DNA of 60,021 nucleotides, filler included. It is 9 parts of 9 records of this genome, joined end to end, with 100 filler letters (N's around TTAATTAATTAA, not from the genome) between each part and the next. Parts side by side here need not be neighbours in the genome. Positions count along the whole stretch, not along the records: positions 28,119 to 33,976 come from SRR31147125_41032; positions 34,077 to 39,768 come from SRR31147125_41049; positions 39,869 to 46,715 come from SRR31147125_41093; 6 more parts are not named here. One strand, written 5' to 3'. Positions 30,210 through 40,052 of the stretch are shown here, piece after piece (within the stretch, counting starts at the first letter, position 1; each line of letters starts with the position of its first letter). The notes beneath the pieces were generated by a model that was not told the DNA's origin, made no database searches, and saw only the letters and a program-made list of their open reading frames with translations. The position numbers were made by a program, and so were the translations under genes.

Positions 30210-33200
30210 GTGACTATGCAGATTCAGAGTATTTTCAAGAAGAACATCTCACGCCCCATCAACGGGGTTGTTAAAGCTGATCAGTTAGATGAATCCGTTG
30301 TGTGGCAGGAATTGGACGAGTATGTCGTGACCCGGGAGCTGGACATCCACTTCAGAGCATTCATGGCCGCTTATCTTGCTGCAATGGATAATCCGAACGA
30401 TCCTGTCATAGCCAGTCGAATGGCCGTCTGGATTTCCGGTTTCTTTGGATCCGGTAAATCACATTTCCTGAAAATCTTGTCCTACCTGCTGGGGAACAAA
30501 GCAGCCCGTTGTCCTGATACCGGAAATGAGAAAAGAGCAGTGGAATTTTTTACGGAAAAGATCAAAGATCCCATGCTGCTGGCCGACATCAAACGAACGG
30601 AAAGTTTCTCCGCAGATGTCATTCTGTTCAATATCGACAGTCGAGCTGATGCATCAGATGATAGAGCAGCCATTCTTTCCGTTTTCTGGAGACTCTTCAA
30701 TGAATCTCTTGGATTTTGCTCAGACTCTCTTCCCCTTGCCGAGATCGAAAGATATCTTACTAAAAAAGGACAATATGAAGCCTTCAAAGAGAAGTTCAAT
30801 GAGATTTACGGTTCACCATGGGAAGAAGAGCGGGATGCCTACACCCTGCTCCAGGATGAAATTGTAGAAGCACTTTCCATTGTCCTGGATAAAAAACCGG
30901 ATGCAACAGGGGACTGGTTTGAAAAAAATGAAGAGAACTTTACCCAGACCGTTGAAACCTTTGCAAAGCAGGTAAAAGAGTACCTGGACACCCAGCCCCG
31001 GAATCACCGGGTGATCTTTCTGGTGGATGAAATCGGTCAGTTCATTGGAAGCGATACCCACCTGATGCTGAACCTCCAAACCATTGTGGAAGATCTGGGA
31101 AGGATTTGCGGAGGTCGGGCATGGGTCATGGTGACATCCCAAGAAGATATAGATGCCATTATCGGAGATATCAAATCCTCCAAAGCCAATGACTTTTCCA
31201 AGATTCAGGGACGGTTCAACACAAGGCTTTCCCTCTCCAGTGCCAATACCGATGAAGTGATCCAGGCCCGTCTTTTGGAGAAACATGACAGTGCCGCATC
31301 AGAGCTGAAGGATCTCTTTTCAGAGAAAGGGGATATCCTGAAAAGTCAGCTCAGTTTTACCCATGACACCACCACTCTCAACAACTTCTCCACCAAAGAG
31401 GATTTTGTCAGTAACTACCCCTTTACTCCCTACCACTTTCAGCTGGTGCAGAAAATATTTGAGTCTGTGCGAAAGGCAGGGGCTACAGGACTCCATTTAA
31501 GCCGGGGTGAACGTTCCATGTTGGATGCGTTCCAGTCCGCAGCCATCAATGTGGCTTCCAAATCCATATCAATACACTGGTCCCCCTGTATGAGTTCTTT
31601 CCCTGCATCGAGAGCTTCCTGGATACATCGGTGAAAAGAAGTATTGAGCAGGCCAAAGACAACAAAGGGTTAGAGCCGCCATTCGACATTCAGATTCTCC
31701 AGACCCTCTTTCTTATCCGGTACGTGGATATTATCAAACCCAATGTGGATAATCTTGTCACCCTCTCTATCAATCAGGTGGATGCGGACAGGATTGTCCT
31801 GAAGCAGAATATTGATGATGCGTTGCTACGTCTTGAAAAAGAGAATCTCATCAGCAGAAACGGAGATCTCTACTTTTTCCTGACCAATGAAGAGCGGGAA
31901 GTTTCAAGGGAAATCAAGAGCATCGAAATCTCTTCCCATGCTGAAACCGATCTATTGGCAAACATCATCTTTGAGGAGATTCTAAAGGGTAAAACCAAAC
32001 ATAAATATATTCCCTTTAAAAGAGACTATGCATTCAATCGAATCTGCGATGACAAGCCCTGGGGGAAAAATCAGGCGTATGACCTCACCCTTGAAATCAT
32101 CAGTCCCATGCATGATGAGTACTCGGTTTTCAATTCCGGTAAATGCTCCATGCACAGTGCCGACACCGATGGAACGGTTCTAATCAAGCTGGATAACGAT
32201 CAAGACCTATTTTCCGATATACGCACCTACATTCAGACATCCGAGTATATCAAAAACAAGAGCGATGCTGCGGCATCCACCAGCTTGAAACAGATACTCC
32301 GAGATCGGGCAGATGAAAACAGGGATAGAAAGGATCGACTCACCTCTAAAGTGGATGACTTGATCCAGGGGGCTGAGTTTTACACCTTGGGAAAACCATA
32401 CCCATCCCAGACGTCTGGTGCGTCACCCAAAATCATCGATGGGGTGTTCGATCATCTGATTCAAAATATTTTCAACAAGTACAACTATCTTTCCACGGTA
32501 CATGACGATCCCGTAAAAGAGATCAAGCAGATTCTACTCTCAGACCATATTGCCCAGGAAGAGTTGATCGGATTTACCCAAAAGGATTATCAGGATGTCA
32601 AAGAGCTCAATACCTATATCGAGCTGAAAACTGCAACCAACAAAGCAATTATCCTAGATGAGCTGGTTAAACACTTTTCCAGACGTCCCTATGGATGGCC
32701 AGAATTCCAGGTGGTGGTACTCATTGCAAAAATTTTCATGGCCGGTACCATCAATCTGTTGCAGGATAAAAACAAAATCAGGCCCAAGGATGCCATCCCG
32801 CTTCTGACCAAAACCCCCCAGTGGAAGCATGTTCAAATTCTGGAGAAACCCATTGTTTCATCCGCAGATATCAAAAAGGCACAAAACCTTGGAAAAGAGC
32901 TGTTCGGAAATCTTGCCCCGGATGGTCAGGACAAAATCAGTGACTATATCAAAACCGGATTGAAAGCGTGGACGCTCCCACTGACGACCTACAAAACCCT
33001 TGCAGACACGGGAAACTATCCGGGGAAAAAAGAGATCGACGACTGTTTGAAATCCATCAATACCATCCTTGATATCCATGATTCCTTTGAGGTGATAAAA
33101 TCCTTTATCCAGAGCAAAGATAATCTATTGGATGCACAGGAAGATTTCCAGGATCTACAGGATTTCTATACCCACCAACGAGAAACCTGGGAAACACTTC

Positions 33201-33778
33201 TGGAAGCACTCACTCGCTTCAAACCCAACCGATCCGCTATAGAGAAAGACGTTGATGCAGACAAAGCATTTAAAGAACTGTGCAGCATTGCAGCCTCACC
33301 AAGTCCCTATCGGATGCTCAAGAATGTCAGTGCGCTGATCTCAATTGTGGATAAGGTCAATACCGAGCAGGTTGACGATCATCAAAAAGAGGTCCTTGAT
33401 GAAATTGATTATAAAATCAAGCATGTCATGGAGGTATTGAATGAAAATAGTGCCAATGACGATTTCAGAAACAGGATACTTTTCCCGCTCCAGAACTCCA
33501 AAAAGAAGATTGCCGGAGAATTCAGCATTCCACAAATTGCGTACAGTGTCAGGGAAGTTCAGGAACGGTATGAAGATGCGTTGGTATCAATCGAAGAACA
33601 ATTCCGAAAAGAAGATGAGCCAATAAAACCCATAAAAGAGATCGCAACGATTAAGCTTTCAAAATTCAACAAAAAAGCGCATCTTGACTCTGAGGATGAT
33701 GTCAATGTGTTTCTTGAAGCAGTCAAAACCGAACTGATCAAGGCGATTCATGGGAATTACAGAGTAAGGGTGCAGTAA
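30210..33778 (+). CDS. brxC: BREX P-loop ATPase BrxC (frameshift near 31565-31575)
   Basis: RPINGVVKA, WISGFFGSGKSHFLK, FLVDEIGQ, VTSQE, FSKIQGRF, NYPF. The second frame continues LVPLYEFFPCIESFLDTSVKRSI...YFFLTNEE. Confidence 0.95.
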
Positions 33779-33779
33779 A

Positions 33780-33965
33780 ATGAACAATAAAAATTCAATG
33801 ATAAAGTTGAAAATTAAAAATATTGGCCCCATTAAGGATGGTTATGTTTCTAACAATGGGTTCATGGATATCAATGATGTAACACTCTTTATTGGAAATC
33901 AAGGGACAGGAAAAAGCACCATCGCAAAGGTCTTTTCAACTTTAAGCTCAATGCCGTTTCCTTAA
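33780..33965 (+). CDS. N-terminus of an ABC/AAA-type (AAA_15/AAA_21-like) ATPase, truncated
   Basis: LKIKNIGPI...VTLFIGNQGTGKSTI. Starts immediately after the brxC stop and breaks off at an IS-like end. Confidence 0.7.
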   Translation: MNNKNSMIKLKIKNIGPIKDGYVSNNGFMDINDVTLFIGNQGTGKSTIAKVFSTLSSMPFP

Positions 33966-33976
33966 GTCGTCGTTTT

Positions 33977-34076
33977 NNNNNNNNNNNNNNNNNNNNNNNN
34001 NNNNNNNNNNNNNNNNNNNNTTAATTAATTAANNNNNNNNNNNNNNNNNNNNNNNNNNNNNNNNNNNNNNNNNNNN
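33977..34076. other. Artificial contig linker
   Basis: Same 100-nt spacer. Confidence 0.99.
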
Positions 34077-34639
34077 TGAAGGGCTTGAAATGGGGCTGTT
34101 TCCCATTGGTGAGTCCATGGCAACTGCCTTGGCCAGGAAAGGAAGTCTTTTTTGGCTGCTCTGTTTTGCGTTTGCGTTGGGATTTTCTACAACTGTGGCG
34201 GAACCTTCCCTCATTGCCGTAGCAAAAGAAGCCGCTGAGATTGCTGGCCAGGGAGGACTTATTCTTCCAGGGCAGGAATCTCTGGATCGATATGCACTGG
34301 GACTTCGCATGTCTGTTGCTTTTTCAGTAGGGCTGGCAATTCTCATCGGGGTGCTTCGTATCCTTCGTGGGTGGCCCATTCATTATTTGATCCTGGGCGG
34401 GTATGTCGTTGTAATGGTGATGACCATGATCGCTCCAAAGGAAATCATCGGGATCGCCTATGATGCAGGGGGTGACAACATCCACAATCACGGTGCCCTT
34501 GGTTGCCGCACTCGGCGTGGGCCTTGCTTCATCCATAAGAGGGCGAAGTCCTCTTGTAGACGGCTTTGGACTCATTGCATTTGCCTCTCTTCTACCCATG
34601 ATTTTTGTCATGGGGTATGGATTTGTTATTTTCAAATAA
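34077..34639 (+). CDS. DUF1538 membrane protein (5' truncated, frameshift at a G-run near 34470)
   Basis: GLFPIGE...TTVAEPSL...GIAYDAGG / [15 protein letters not shown]...[11 protein letters not shown]. Confidence 0.85.
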
Positions 34640-34654
34640 AAGGGGGCTGTATCC

Positions 34655-35437
34655 GTGGACTTTATATATGATTTCAGTAAAATATTTATTGCCACCTGCA
34701 AAGATGTTTTGCCCATAATTATTCTCATTGTCAGTTTCCAACTTTTGGTGTTAAGGCAACCCATTCCTCACCTGCGCCGTCTTATCGTGGGCGGAATATA
34801 TGTTGTTATCGGGCTTGCCCTTTTTCTGGCGGGCCTTGAAAAAGCCCTTTTCCCTCTGGGAAATATTATGGCAACACAGCTATCTGATCCTGCATTTATT
34901 TACGGCTTGGAAGAGCCCATTACCGGGGCGGACTGGAAAGCGTATGGTTGGGTCTATCTTTTTGCAGGTATGATCGGCTTTGCCACCACAATTGCGGAAC
35001 CGTCTCTTATTGCAGTGGCTTTAAAAGCGAGCGAAGTATCAGCCGGAACCATCAAACAATGGGGACTGAGAATTACCGTTGCTGTCGGTGTCGCCTTCGG
35101 CATCAGCCTCGGAACCTTTCGGATTGTTACGGGCACACCGCTTTATCTATACATTCTCGCAGGCTATGTAATAGTGATTATACAGACCATGTTCGCCCCG
35201 AAGAATATCATTGCTCTGGCCTATGACTCAGGTGGTGTCACAACATCAACGGTTACCGTTCCGCTTGTCGCAGCCCTTGGACTTGGTCTGTCCGCCACTG
35301 TTCCGGGAAGGAACCCGGCATTGGATGGGTTTGGCCTCATTGCTTTTGCCAGTTTGTTCCCCATTATAGCCGTCATGGGATATGCCCAGGCGATTCAATG
35401 GTCGACTCAACGTAAACAGAAAGACACGGAGAAATAA
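34655..35437 (+). CDS. DUF1538 membrane protein
   Basis: [37 protein letters not shown]. Confidence 0.9.
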   Translation: MDFIYDFSKIFIATCKDVLPIIILIVSFQLLVLRQPIPHLRRLIVGGIYVVIGLALFLAGLEKALFPLGNIMATQLSDPAFIYGLEEPITGADWKAYGWVYLFAGMIGFATTIAEPSLIAVALKASEVSAGTIKQWGLRITVAVGVAFGISLGTFRIVTGTPLYLYILAGYVIVIIQTMFAPKNIIALAYDSGGVTTSTVTVPLVAALGLGLSATVPGRNPALDGFGLIAFASLFPIIAVMGYAQAIQWSTQRKQKDTEK

Positions 35438-35438
35438 A

Positions 35439-35786
35439 ATGCGGTTTAAACTCATATTGTCTTCGGTTAAGCCGGATATCACCGACAAAATTGTTGATGC
35501 AGCAAAAGAGTCCGGTGCTACCGGAGCAACGATTATCCCCGGAAGAGGAACAGGTATCCACGAAGCAAAAACTTTCTTTGGGCTCACACTGGAGGCCCAG
35601 ACAGACATTGTCATGTTCTTGGTTGAAGAACATATAGTTACAAAGATTATTGAGTCCATAAAAAATGCCGGTAAATTCCATGAACCCGGCACCGGCATTG
35701 CTTTTGTCGTTCCGGTGGAACAGGTGGTGGGCCTGGAGAGCCAGATAGATGCATTTAAGCAGGAAGTCCAGAAAAGTTATTTTTAA
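35439..35786 (+). CDS. P-II family signalling protein
   Basis: AAKESGATGATIIPGRGTG...PGTGIAFVVPVEQVVGL. Confidence 0.88.
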   Translation: MRFKLILSSVKPDITDKIVDAAKESGATGATIIPGRGTGIHEAKTFFGLTLEAQTDIVMFLVEEHIVTKIIESIKNAGKFHEPGTGIAFVVPVEQVVGLESQIDAFKQEVQKSYF

Positions 35787-35819
35787 ATATTCGATTCTTT
35801 GTAAACCATGGAGATTGAT

Positions 35820-36224
35820 ATGACGACAGTCAATAAAAAAATAATTCGTGCCAAAGATGTTATGAACACAAAGATACTGACCATAGACGGTATGGCCACC
35901 GTCAAAGAGGCTGCAGTCATCATGCGTGCTGAAAGATCGTTTTCTCTGCTTGTCAAAAAACGACATGAGAATGATGCTTGGGGTATCATTGGGTATCAGG
36001 ATTTTATCAAAGAAGTCATTATACCGAGACGTTCATCTGAAGACGTGAATATTTATGAAATCATGACCAAGCCGGTGATTACCGTTCCCGCTGATATGGA
36101 TATCCGTTATGTGGCCCAGTTGCTTTATCGTGCCGGTATCAGAAGAGCCCCGGTTGAGGATAAAGGAGAAATTGTCGGGATGATTTCTCTTGCATCCCTG
36201 GTACTGGATAATGACTTGCTCTAA
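35820..36224 (+). CDS. CBS-domain protein
   Basis: Tandem CBS pair (AKDVMN..., EIMTKPVITV...APVEDKGEIVGMIS). Confidence 0.9.
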   Translation: MTTVNKKIIRAKDVMNTKILTIDGMATVKEAAVIMRAERSFSLLVKKRHENDAWGIIGYQDFIKEVIIPRRSSEDVNIYEIMTKPVITVPADMDIRYVAQLLYRAGIRRAPVEDKGEIVGMISLASLVLDNDLL

Positions 36225-36329
36225 TTTGATGTACCGTGGGGCTGTTTCAAGTGGGGGAGGGGTATCATTATGAATGAGACGTTGTGGCTGGTCATGTGGC
36301 TGGCCAATTTTTCCATGATTCTTCTTTTT

Positions 36330-36607
36330 TTCGTCTATTTTCCATGATGTGTGGGCCTACGATTTCTGGCGTAAACGATTTCCCCAGGATCGCCTGTTGT
36401 GGTTTTTCGAAACAACGCCAGCGCCATGGTCAGCCTGCTGCTGGACTCCACGATATTTACCCTGGTGGCCTTTGCAGGTCTCTATCCGTCGGATGTGTTG
36501 TGGCAGATCTTTTGGACAACCTATCTACTCAAATGGTGGCGGCGGCGGATACGCCATTTCTCTACGTAGTCAGGCATTGGCAGGCAAAAGGGTGCATTGC
36601 ACAGTAG
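36330..36607 (+). pseudogene. yhhQ: Degraded C-terminal fragment of a queuosine-precursor transporter (YhhQ/VUT family)
   Basis: Reading across frames gives FHDVWAYDFWRKRF...LW / RNNASAMVSLLLDSTIFTLVAFAG...YLLKW / VAAADTPFLY. Two or more frameshifts and no 5' half. Confidence 0.7.
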
Positions 36608-36746
36608 GTCTTTTATCCAAAAAAGGGGGCTGATCTTTACCCCCTTCCGGTATCAATAAGTTGATTATCAAAAGTGTTTCTAATATTTTTGTTTCACGAT
36701 AAACAGCAATGTTTTCATGAAACAGGTCAAAAAAACATTTGAAACC

Positions 36747-39548
36747 TTATCTGCGATTGACGGGATTTCTAGGATCATAGGTCGAGCTAAAGTCGATATC
36801 TCCCAGTCCGGCACCGATGCGTTCCCATGGCACCCATTTGAAATTGGTTCCCACATCGCCGGCTGTGGCGTTGGTATCGCTTCCATCCTGGGCAATGAAC
36901 GCGCCGTAGGGAAATTGGTCCCCCAAAGCGATATTGGTGACATCGATGCTGTCGGTACTTTGTGTTCCGTCGATACCGTCCATGTCGTCTGCAATGATAA
37001 AAGATGTAAGATAGCTGTTTTTCATACCAACGGCCGTTCGTTCATACACCGCATAGGAGGTATTTCCCTGACTTGACAGGAATACATATCCCGTGCCGTC
37101 CTCTTTGTAATAGAGGGTCATGCCTTCGAGATCCTCCATCAGATTGTCGTCTCCCTCTTCGGCAAGAAGATCATCTTTCCCCAGGGTGACATCTTTCGGA
37201 GCGTCTCCCGGTTCCGCATCAATGATGTAGAGCCCTGCCGCCTCTTGGGCGATGTAGGCTTTTCCGTACTCCTGATCCACCACAATGCCTTCGGCATGTT
37301 CGTCGTCATCCCCCGCTTCAAGGGTGATGGTTCGAATTTTACGCCAGCCGATGGTGTCTCCATTGGCCATCAGTTCGTACTGCCCCACGTTCCAGGTGCT
37401 GTTTTGCGTTGCAAACGCATAGAATTTGCCTGAAACCGGACTTTTATATACCCCTTCTCCATACGCCGTATCTTCTCCGAGTTCTTCAGCATCGAACAGC
37501 TGATCACTGCCGGTATCGGTGATGTCGGTAATGTACGGGGCCTCTTCCGAAATTTTGAAAATGGCAAACTTGTTGGTGTCCCGATCGGTGAACAAGGCAA
37601 AGTCAATGGTTTCTCCCCCCAGTTCAAAATCGTACATCACATCCACGTTGTTGAATCGGTTGTCTCCGGGAAGCCCATCCACAAGGGTCTCTCCATCGAC
37701 ATTGTAAACGGAGTAGCCCGCTTCTTTCTGGGTGGCGATCACCAGGCTTTTACTCTCATCTTCAGGATGGATCCAGAACGCCACGTCATCGGCATCGGGA
37801 TTGCTGATGGTGGAACGCTCCGTTTCAACGGTGGGAGAGACAATGAACGACGTCACATCGGATACATTGACTGCGGCGGGTGTGGCATAGGCATTTTTAG
37901 GAACGTTTTTGGAATTTTCCGCCGGATAGGTTAGTCCATCGCCATCGAGATCCACTGCACCGTATGTCCAGGCACTCAAGGAAGCCATTCGGTTATCTTT
38001 GTATCGGGATGTCCCCTGAATGGCGTAAGCGGCATTGCTTGCAACAACGTCGGCATAGGATGTTTCCCCCCATCCAAAGGAGTCCAGTATGATGGCGTTA
38101 TCGTCAAGATCCAGGGTGCCGTCATCATCGGTATCCAGATCATCACCCGCTGCGATCGCTTGCTGTGGGGAGAAGATGAGCAGGAGTGCTGAATCCGCTT
38201 CCGACAGCTGGGTCAAATCGGCATTAATGGCGGTGACGGCAGAACCGATGGCGATGGCTGACTCGGGTTCTTTGATAATGGTGATTCCGGACTCTTTTGC
38301 ACAGGTCCCGCTCAAATCCACACTGATGGCAGCGGTACCGGCTGCTGCAGGATCATCCACGCCCATATCGACCGGAATCTCTACAAGGTAAATATCATCT
38401 AGGCATTGGGAGGAATTGGAGAGAAGCTCAATGTATTTATCCCGGATGTTGATCATTTCGTTCAATAGAACAAAGGGGGCGGCTTTAAAATTGTGGGTCC
38501 CGGGGGTCAGTTTTGCTCCGGGCGGAAGGTTGTCACTGGCCTCCATGGTATCGTAGAGGAGCTCTGCAGCCATCTCATCATCGCTTTTATCAGGATCTTC
38601 ATAGATATCGCCATTGGCCCACGCGCTGAGATCCACGGCAGTCATATTGTCATAAAATCGGGTCGCGGCATCGGGATCACTGGCCGATTGACTCAAAATC
38701 ACTCCGCCGTACACCAGCCCCTCTCCGCCGTCCATGGAACCGACGCAGTCGATCAGGGCGGCGCCTTCCGGAAGATCCAGGGTGCCGTCATTGTCCATAT
38801 CCAAGTCATCTCCAATGGCGATGTCCGAACTGGTTTTGATAAGGGCGTAGGTCACGGCGTCGTGTTCAAGAATTCCGTCTTCGTGATCCTCATCATCGAC
38901 ATAGGTTTTGATGAGAGGCTCGTTGATAATTGCGGTTTCCGGGCTCACCACATCATTGTACTCGTTTTCGTTTTTGATGAGGAGCAACCCATTGCTCCCC
39001 ACGGTGGTACCGGTAAGGTTCAGGGCGTAATCGACATGGCCCTCTTCCTCTTCATCGCCGTCGATCACCACAAGCCGGATGTTGTCGATGGTTTCTCCCG
39101 GGGTGCCGCGAAGTTCGATATATTGAAGGGCGTGGATATCTTCCGGAATGTTGGCTTTGAATTCGTTGATCCGAAGAGTCGATGGACTGTTCATCTCGAT
39201 GTATTGAAAATGTTCGATATTTGAAAATTGACTGAGTCCCTCATCGCTCACGGCTTGGACGGCAACATAAAATGCGGCATCGGGCCATAGGTCGAAAGAG
39301 AGCCCGGTTTGGGTTCCCATACTGAACCAGTTCAAAAAATCGATATCGGGATAGGGCGCACAGGTGATAATATATTCGCTGCTCCCCTCCACACTGCTCC
39401 ATGTGATGGAGATGTGATTTCCATTTTGATCAATGGTCAGCTCCGGTGAGGCCGGAAGTGCCCACAAGGTTGTAGACGCCGTTAGAAATAGAATTGTTAC
39501 AAGGGTTACAATTCCAGGTTTAAAGGTAATGCTTGACCGCTTTCCCAT
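36747..39548 (-). CDS. Secreted multidomain beta-propeller phytase
   Basis: C-terminal DADDVAFWIHP...SLVIATQKEAG...NNVDV...AEGIVVD...DLEGMTLY...SSQGN...NFKWVPWE. Signal peptide. Two acidic N-terminal repeats containing GDDLDxDxDGTLD. Confidence 0.85.
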   Translation of the reverse strand: MGKRSSITFKPGIVTLVTILFLTASTTLWALPASPELTIDQNGNHISITWSSVEGSSEYIITCAPYPDIDFLNWFSMGTQTGLSFDLWPDAAFYVAVQAVSDEGLSQFSNIEHFQYIEMNSPSTLRINEFKANIPEDIHALQYIELRGTPGETIDNIRLVVIDGDEEEEGHVDYALNLTGTTVGSNGLLLIKNENEYNDVVSPETAIINEPLIKTYVDDEDHEDGILEHDAVTYALIKTSSDIAIGDDLDMDNDGTLDLPEGAALIDCVGSMDGGEGLVYGGVILSQSASDPDAATRFYDNMTAVDLSAWANGDIYEDPDKSDDEMAAELLYDTMEASDNLPPGAKLTPGTHNFKAAPFVLLNEMINIRDKYIELLSNSSQCLDDIYLVEIPVDMGVDDPAAAGTAAISVDLSGTCAKESGITIIKEPESAIAIGSAVTAINADLTQLSEADSALLLIFSPQQAIAAGDDLDTDDDGTLDLDDNAIILDSFGWGETSYADVVASNAAYAIQGTSRYKDNRMASLSAWTYGAVDLDGDGLTYPAENSKNVPKNAYATPAAVNVSDVTSFIVSPTVETERSTISNPDADDVAFWIHPEDESKSLVIATQKEAGYSVYNVDGETLVDGLPGDNRFNNVDVMYDFELGGETIDFALFTDRDTNKFAIFKISEEAPYITDITDTGSDQLFDAEELGEDTAYGEGVYKSPVSGKFYAFATQNSTWNVGQYELMANGDTIGWRKIRTITLEAGDDDEHAEGIVVDQEYGKAYIAQEAAGLYIIDAEPGDAPKDVTLGKDDLLAEEGDDNLMEDLEGMTLYYKEDGTGYVFLSSQGNTSYAVYERTAVGMKNSYLTSFIIADDMDGIDGTQSTDSIDVTNIALGDQFPYGAFIAQDGSDTNATAGDVGTNFKWVPWERIGAGLGDIDFSSTYDPRNPVNRR

Positions 39549-39660
39549 TTTTCTTTCACTCCTTTTGTTTTATTAATGTCAACTTTTTTGAATGAATTGA
39601 AGAGTAAAAATTTCAATATATTATCTTGAAAAAGAAGACCCTTCCAGGAACACGAGCGGC

Positions 39661-39692
39661 ATTATACTTACCAATTGTTTCTATTTTGTTAG
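39661..39692 (-). promoter_or_regulatory. Candidate Pho-box-like direct repeat plus -10 element upstream of the phytase
   Basis: Minus strand reads CTAACA-N5-GAAACA (11-bp period), then 9 bp, then TATAAT. Confidence 0.4.
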
Positions 39693-39739
39693 GACGTCAA
39701 TAAAATAGCTTTTTCATTCCTTTTTCTTTGTTTCAAGTG

Positions 39740-39768
39740 GTTTTATATGAAAGTCTGCGTAAACCGCA
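39740..39768. repeat. 29-bp repeat at the contig edge, inverted copy of 28120-28148
   Basis: GTTTTATATGAAAGTCTGCGTAAACCGCA. Confidence 0.85.
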
Positions 39769-39868
39769 NNNNNNNNNNNNNNNNNNNNNNNNNNNNNNNN
39801 NNNNNNNNNNNNTTAATTAATTAANNNNNNNNNNNNNNNNNNNNNNNNNNNNNNNNNNNNNNNNNNNN
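39769..39868. other. Artificial contig linker
   Basis: Same 100-nt spacer. Confidence 0.99.
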
Positions 39869-39905
39869 TTTCAGTCCGTTGCTCTACCGACTGAGCTAAA
39901 GCGCC
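39869..39905 (-). tRNA. tRNA-Phe(GAA), 5' half only (cut by the contig edge)
   Basis: Minus strand reads GGCGCTTTAGCTCAGTCGGTAGAGCAACGGACTGAAA: acceptor stem, D-arm and CT-GAA-A anticodon loop. Confidence 0.88.
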
Positions 39906-39923
39906 ATACATATTGGAACGGCT

Positions 39924-39953
39924 ATAATATAAGACATTTCAGCTAAATGTCAA
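39924..39953 (-). promoter_or_regulatory. Sigma70-type promoter of tRNA-Phe
   Basis: TTGACA followed 16-18 bp later by TATATT/TATTAT, about 20 nt before the tRNA. Confidence 0.6.
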
Positions 39954-40052
39954 GAAAAACATTTTATCTCACTAAAGTCATTTAAGAAAAATATTGCAAT
40001 AACTTTACTTATTTCAGTACATTAAACCACTAGCAGTAAAATATTAATTCCG

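Noticed and set aside
22709-33976. Functional linkage of feoAB and the two-component system with BREX, and any other cross-linker neighbourhood
   Set aside because: They are on separate contigs with different base composition, so the adjacency is arbitrary.
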